Origin: Planctomycetota bacterium
Lineage (GTDB): Bacteria > Planctomycetota > Phycisphaerae > FEN-1346
Direction: 5' to 3'
Assembly: GCA_016872895.1 (NCBI GenBank)
Contig: VGYT01000001.1
Span: 1-57,941, forward strand
Length of the DNA: 57,941 nt
The translations under genes were made by a program, and so were the position numbers. Under the pieces are notes generated by a model. The model was not told where the DNA came from, did no database searches, and was given only the letters and a program-made list of their open reading frames with translations. This document shows, piece by piece, positions 54,473 through 57,941 of this stretch (its first letter is position 1; each line of letters starts with the position of its first letter).

Positions 54473-56344
54473 ATGGCACGCAAGGTCGGCACGTGTGGTC
54501 TTACGCGGCGGGGGCTGATGCAGGCGGCAGCGGGCGCGGGGGCGATCGCCCTCGGTGCGGCCGCGCGCGGAGGCGAGAAGGCGTCCGGCCCGCGCCCCAA
54601 CATCCTCTGGGTCGTCAGCGAAGACAACTGCCCGTTCCTGGGCTGCTACGGCTACCCGCTGGCCCGCACGCCCGCGCTCGACGGCCTGGCGCGCGAGGGC
54701 GTGCTGTTTGAGAACTGCTTCTCGCAGGCGCCCGTCTGCGCCCCGTCGCGATTCACCCTGATAAGCGGCATGTATGCCACCAGTTGCGGCCCGGCCGAGC
54801 ACATGCGGGCACAGGGCAAGTGCCCGAAGCAGATGCGCGGCTTCCCGGCGTACCTGCGCGACGCGGGCTACTACTGCACCAACAACTCCAAGACCGACTA
54901 CAACGCACGCATCGACATGAAAGACGCCTGGGACGAGTCAAGCAACAAGGCCCACTGGCGCAACCGTCCCGCGGGCAAGCCCTTCTTTGCCGTCTTCAAC
55001 CACGGCATAACGCACGAGAGCGGCAACTTCCCGTCGGCCCGCGGCAAGCAGCCGCCTACGGCCCAGGCGACCGACCCGGCCAAGGTCGTCCTGCCCGCGT
55101 ACCATCCGGACACGCCGGAGGTCCGCGCCGACTGGGCCCACTACTTCGACCAGATGGCGCGGCTGGACGAACAGGTGTCGCGGCTGCTGGCGCAACTGGC
55201 GGAGGACGGCCTCGCGGAGGACACGATCGTCTTCTACTACGGCGACAACGGCGGCGTCCTGCCGCGAAGCAAGCGGTTCCCGTACGACAGCGGCACGCAC
55301 GTGCCGCTCATCATCCGCTTTCCGAAAAAGTTCCGGCACCTGGCGCCCGGCGCGCCGGGCAGCCGCGTTGACTCGCCGGTTGCGTTCGTTGATTTCGCCC
55401 CCACGGTGCTGGCGCTGGCGGGCGTGGCCGCGCCCGACTACGTGCACGGGCACCCGTTCGCCGGCCCTGCGCCGCAGCCGCAGCAGTACGCCTTCTCGTT
55501 CCGCAACCGCATGGACGAGCGGTACGATTTCGTCCGCACCGCCCGCGACAAGCGATACCGCTACATGCGCAACTACATGCCGCACGTCATCTACGGCCAG
55601 CACGTCTCGTACATGTTCCAGCAGAGGTCGGTGCAGGTCTGGTACGAACTGCACAAGGCGGGCAAACTGGCCGGCCCGCAGAAATTCTTCTGGGAAGAAA
55701 AGCCCGAAGAGGAACTCTACGACCTTCAGGCCGACCCGTCGGAGGTGAAGAACCTCGTCGGGAGCCCGGAGCACAAGGAGGTCTTGGCCAGGATGCGCGC
55801 GGCGCTGCGCGAACATATGCTTAATATTCGCGATAACGGCTTCATCCCCGAAGGCTCGCCGCTCGAGGGTTACGACTCCGCCCGCGACCCGCAGGCGTAC
55901 CCGCTGGAGCGTGTTCTCGACGTTGCCGACGCGGCCACGAAGCGCGACCCGGCCAACCTGCCCAGGTTCATCGGCTGGATGGAAGACCCGAACGAGTGCG
56001 TCCGCTACTGGGCCGTGATGGGGTGCCTGATGCTGCGCGAAAAGGCCGCCCCCGCGGCCGCGGCCCTCGCGAAGCGCCTGACCGACTCGTCGGGCCAGGT
56101 TCGCGCGGCCGCCGCCGAGGCCCTCTGCTACGTCGGCGACGGAAGCGCGGGCGTGGCCGCGCTCGCCGAACTCCTGGCCGGCCACGAGAACCCGTGGGTC
56201 CGCCTCCAGGCCGCCAACGCCCTGGACCACATCGGCCGGAAGGCCGCGCCCGCCCTCGCGGCGGTCGAGAAAGCATGCGCGGATGCCAATAACTACGTCC
56301 AACGCGCCGCGCAGTACACGGCGTCGGCGCTGAAGGGGGCGTAA
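54473..56344 (+). CDS. Sulfatase with C-terminal HEAT-repeat region, Tat-type signal
   Basis: ORF 53480..56344 trimmed to ATG 54473 (GGAGGG upstream). TRRGLMQAAAGAGAIALGAAA; NILWVVSEDN; C-A-P-S-R signature (APVCAPSRFTLISG). The C-terminal VRYWAV...QVRAAAAEAL...PWVRLQAANAL region is HEAT-like. Confidence 0.88.
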   Translation: MARKVGTCGLTRRGLMQAAAGAGAIALGAAARGGEKASGPRPNILWVVSEDNCPFLGCYGYPLARTPALDGLAREGVLFENCFSQAPVCAPSRFTLISGMYATSCGPAEHMRAQGKCPKQMRGFPAYLRDAGYYCTNNSKTDYNARIDMKDAWDESSNKAHWRNRPAGKPFFAVFNHGITHESGNFPSARGKQPPTAQATDPAKVVLPAYHPDTPEVRADWAHYFDQMARLDEQVSRLLAQLAEDGLAEDTIVFYYGDNGGVLPRSKRFPYDSGTHVPLIIRFPKKFRHLAPGAPGSRVDSPVAFVDFAPTVLALAGVAAPDYVHGHPFAGPAPQPQQYAFSFRNRMDERYDFVRTARDKRYRYMRNYMPHVIYGQHVSYMFQQRSVQVWYELHKAGKLAGPQKFFWEEKPEEELYDLQADPSEVKNLVGSPEHKEVLARMRAALREHMLNIRDNGFIPEGSPLEGYDSARDPQAYPLERVLDVADAATKRDPANLPRFIGWMEDPNECVRYWAVMGCLMLREKAAPAAAALAKRLTDSSGQVRAAAAEALCYVGDGSAGVAALAELLAGHENPWVRLQAANALDHIGRKAAPALAAVEKACADANNYVQRAAQYTASALKGA

Positions 56345-56353
56345 GGATCAGCC

Positions 56354-57700
56354 ATGAACAAGCCCCGTTGGCCGTCCGTTGCCCTCGTTGCGGCCGCAGC
56401 CGCCTGCCTTGCCGCAGCCGCTCCCGCCGCCGAGCAGCAGCGCACCTGCCCCATGGGCCGCGAGTACTACCTCTACACGCCCGACAACCTCGACCCCGCC
56501 AAGACGTACTGGCTGGTCGTGGGCGTCCACGGCAAGGGCGGCAACGGAAAGGGCGCCTGCGGCATGGCCAGGTGGGCCGCCAAGGGCACCGTCATCGTCG
56601 CCGGCCCGTCGTGCCCCGACGGCTACCAGCGGCTCCTGCACGAGACCGACAAGCAGGTGCTCGGCATCGCGGCCGCGCTTCGGAAGGAGTTCCGCCTGTA
56701 CCCGAAGTTCTTCATCTACGGTTTCTCGGGCGGGGCCCAGTTCGCCCACCGCTTTACGCTGAAGCACCCGGACCAGGTCATCGGCTGCTCGGCGCACTCG
56801 GCCGGCACGTGGACCGACAGCATCAACGCCCAGGCCGCGTCCGTGCCGTTTGCCATCTCGTGCGGCGAGAACGATACGGAAAAGTCCACGCCCCTCGCCC
56901 CCCTGGGCCGCCACGAGTGGTGCCAGAAGTTCGCCGGCAAACTCGCGGACGCCGACTTCTACTTCAAGGTCCGGTTCTGGCCCGGCGTGGCGCATAACTC
57001 GTCGCGCGGCTCGGCCCGGATGACCGAGGACTGCTTCGTCCTGGCGACCACCGGCATGCACGAGCCCGAGCGGCAGGCGGTCGAGAAGGAACTTCAGGCC
57101 GTCCTGCCGCTCATCGGTGCCGGCCGCTTCGCCGAAGCGATGGAGCAGTTGCGGAAACTCGTGGGGGCCGCCGCGGCCCCCGCCCCGGCCGATGCGCCGG
57201 CCGCGCCGCCCGCCTCCGGCAGCACGCGCCCCACGGCTGGCTTGTCCGGCCCTGGCGCACAGCCGCCGGTACTTCCCACGGCCGGACAAGCCGGCCGTGC
57301 CACATCGCGCCAGGAGGTGCTGACGGATACCGGGGCGAGCACCGGGGTGCAGGAATCTTCGCCCCCCGCGGCGGCCGGCCCGGCCGCGCCGCCCGCCGAT
57401 GAGGGGACGCGCCTGGCCGGCCTCCAGGAAAACGCCTGGGGCTGGCGCGAAAACGCCGCCGCCAGGGCCGCCCTGGCCCGGATGCGCCGCCTGTACGTCG
57501 AAGAGCAGGCGGCCGCGCTTACCCGGCAGATGGAGAAGGCGGCGATTGAGAAGATCGCCGCCATCGAGGATGCCCCGCCCGCCGACGCCGCCGCCCGGCT
57601 CGACGCCATCGCCGGGACTTTCGCCGACAACCCGGCCGTCGCGGCCGCCGTCGCCAAGGCGCGCGCGAACCTCAAGAACCCGCCGCCGAGAAAACCGTAG
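56354..57700 (+). CDS. Alpha/beta hydrolase (esterase-like) with long C-terminal helical extension
   Basis: ORF 56354..57700. Signal peptide. YWLVVGVHGKGGNG; nucleophile elbow GFSGGAQF. A Pro/Ala linker contains repeat-derived codons (57231-57305). Confidence 0.75.
   Translation: MNKPRWPSVALVAAAAACLAAAAPAAEQQRTCPMGREYYLYTPDNLDPAKTYWLVVGVHGKGGNGKGACGMARWAAKGTVIVAGPSCPDGYQRLLHETDKQVLGIAAALRKEFRLYPKFFIYGFSGGAQFAHRFTLKHPDQVIGCSAHSAGTWTDSINAQAASVPFAISCGENDTEKSTPLAPLGRHEWCQKFAGKLADADFYFKVRFWPGVAHNSSRGSARMTEDCFVLATTGMHEPERQAVEKELQAVLPLIGAGRFAEAMEQLRKLVGAAAAPAPADAPAAPPASGSTRPTAGLSGPGAQPPVLPTAGQAGRATSRQEVLTDTGASTGVQESSPPAAAGPAAPPADEGTRLAGLQENAWGWRENAAARAALARMRRLYVEEQAAALTRQMEKAAIEKIAAIEDAPPADAAARLDAIAGTFADNPAVAAAVAKARANLKNPPPRKP
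57231..57305. repeat. Head-to-head pair of GGCACGGCCGGCTTGTCCGGCCG-family palindromes inside a CDS
   Basis: CCACGGCTGGCTTGTCCGGCCCTGG (degenerate, 57231-54) and CCCACGGCCGGACAAGCCGGCCGTGCCACAT (57275-305). Same arrangement as 4064-4141. Confidence 0.8.
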
Positions 57701-57716
57701 GCCGTCCCGCGGGCGT

Positions 57717-57938
57717 TTACCGCAAGAGCCCGCCCCTGCGCAGCACGTCCAGCACCAGGGCATCAACCGGCGCGGCGGTCGGCGCCTCGGCGTAACCTAT
57801 GCCGCGCTCCACGCACCAGGCGCCCGCCTCTTCCTTCAGCGCGTCGGCCGCGGCCCCGAGGCGCTGCCGCAGGTCGTCCGTCAGGTGCACGCTGAGCACC
57901 TGGCCCGTCTCGGCGTCGGTTTGGCGGCGTGCTCGCAT
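57717..57938 (-). CDS. Hypothetical protein, possibly ribbon-helix-helix; may extend beyond the window
   Basis: ORF 57717..57938(-). VLSVHLTDDLRQRLGAAADALKEE looks like an RHH strand plus helix. The ATG is 3 nt from the window edge, so the true start is unknown. Confidence 0.3.
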   Translation of the reverse strand: MRARRQTDAETGQVLSVHLTDDLRQRLGAAADALKEEAGAWCVERGIGYAEAPTAAPVDALVLDVLRRGGLLR

Positions 57939-57941
57939 CCT

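Noticed and set aside
1-57941. tRNA, rRNA, tmRNA, RNase P, SRP RNA, transposase, integrase or prophage genes.
   Set aside because: I scanned for T-loop words (GGTTCGAATCC-like), conserved RNase P, SRP and tmRNA words, and DDE or tyrosine-recombinase-like ORFs. I found none. This was a by-eye search, so a covariance-model scan could still find small RNAs.

Overview
This is a high-GC, gene-dense chromosomal segment with about 50 CDS. It looks like a PVC-group bacterium (Planctomycetota/Phycisphaerae-like); that placement is an inference from gene content only. The content is mostly core metabolism plus polysaccharide degradation. It includes three Tat-signal sulfatases, GH2, GH5-like and DUF4965 glycosidase-type proteins, two Gfo/Idh/MocA oxidoreductases, three xylose-isomerase-like barrels and prepilin-type pseudopilin proteins. 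It also has futalosine-pathway genes (mqnA, mqnC-like) and housekeeping genes (nadD, purB, rpsP-trmD-rplS, ffh, maf, an MTA phosphorylase, larC). An LPS-core-like cluster is present (Kdo/WaaP-type kinase, GT9 heptosyltransferase, DUF2062, FAD oxidoreductase). I recognised no rRNA, tRNA, CRISPR array, transposase or integrase. Six observations merit a second look. (1) A two-gene cassette at 17.4-19.4 kb, wedged between glycosidase genes: an AAA+ ATPase with a DUF4143/PD-(D/E)xK-like tail, followed by a single-HKD Nuc-like PLD nuclease. I cannot assign it to a named system. (2) A MntA/HepT toxin-antitoxin mini-cassette at 6.8-7.45 kb, bounded by 33-nt direct repeats that duplicate the 3' end of the upstream gene. 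Its antitoxin is frameshifted inside the catalytic motif. (3) A family of long hairpins whose arms are tandem 7-nt units. Every copy lies just 5' of a start codon. (4) Several families of short GC-rich palindromic (REP-like) elements. (5) Three copies of one of those REP-like families are inserted in frame into coding sequences (an ABC transporter ATPase domain and an alpha/beta hydrolase). (6) An unexplained 558-nt non-coding gap between convergent genes. Many long ORFs in the six-frame track are antisense or read-through artefacts of the high GC content and were not called.
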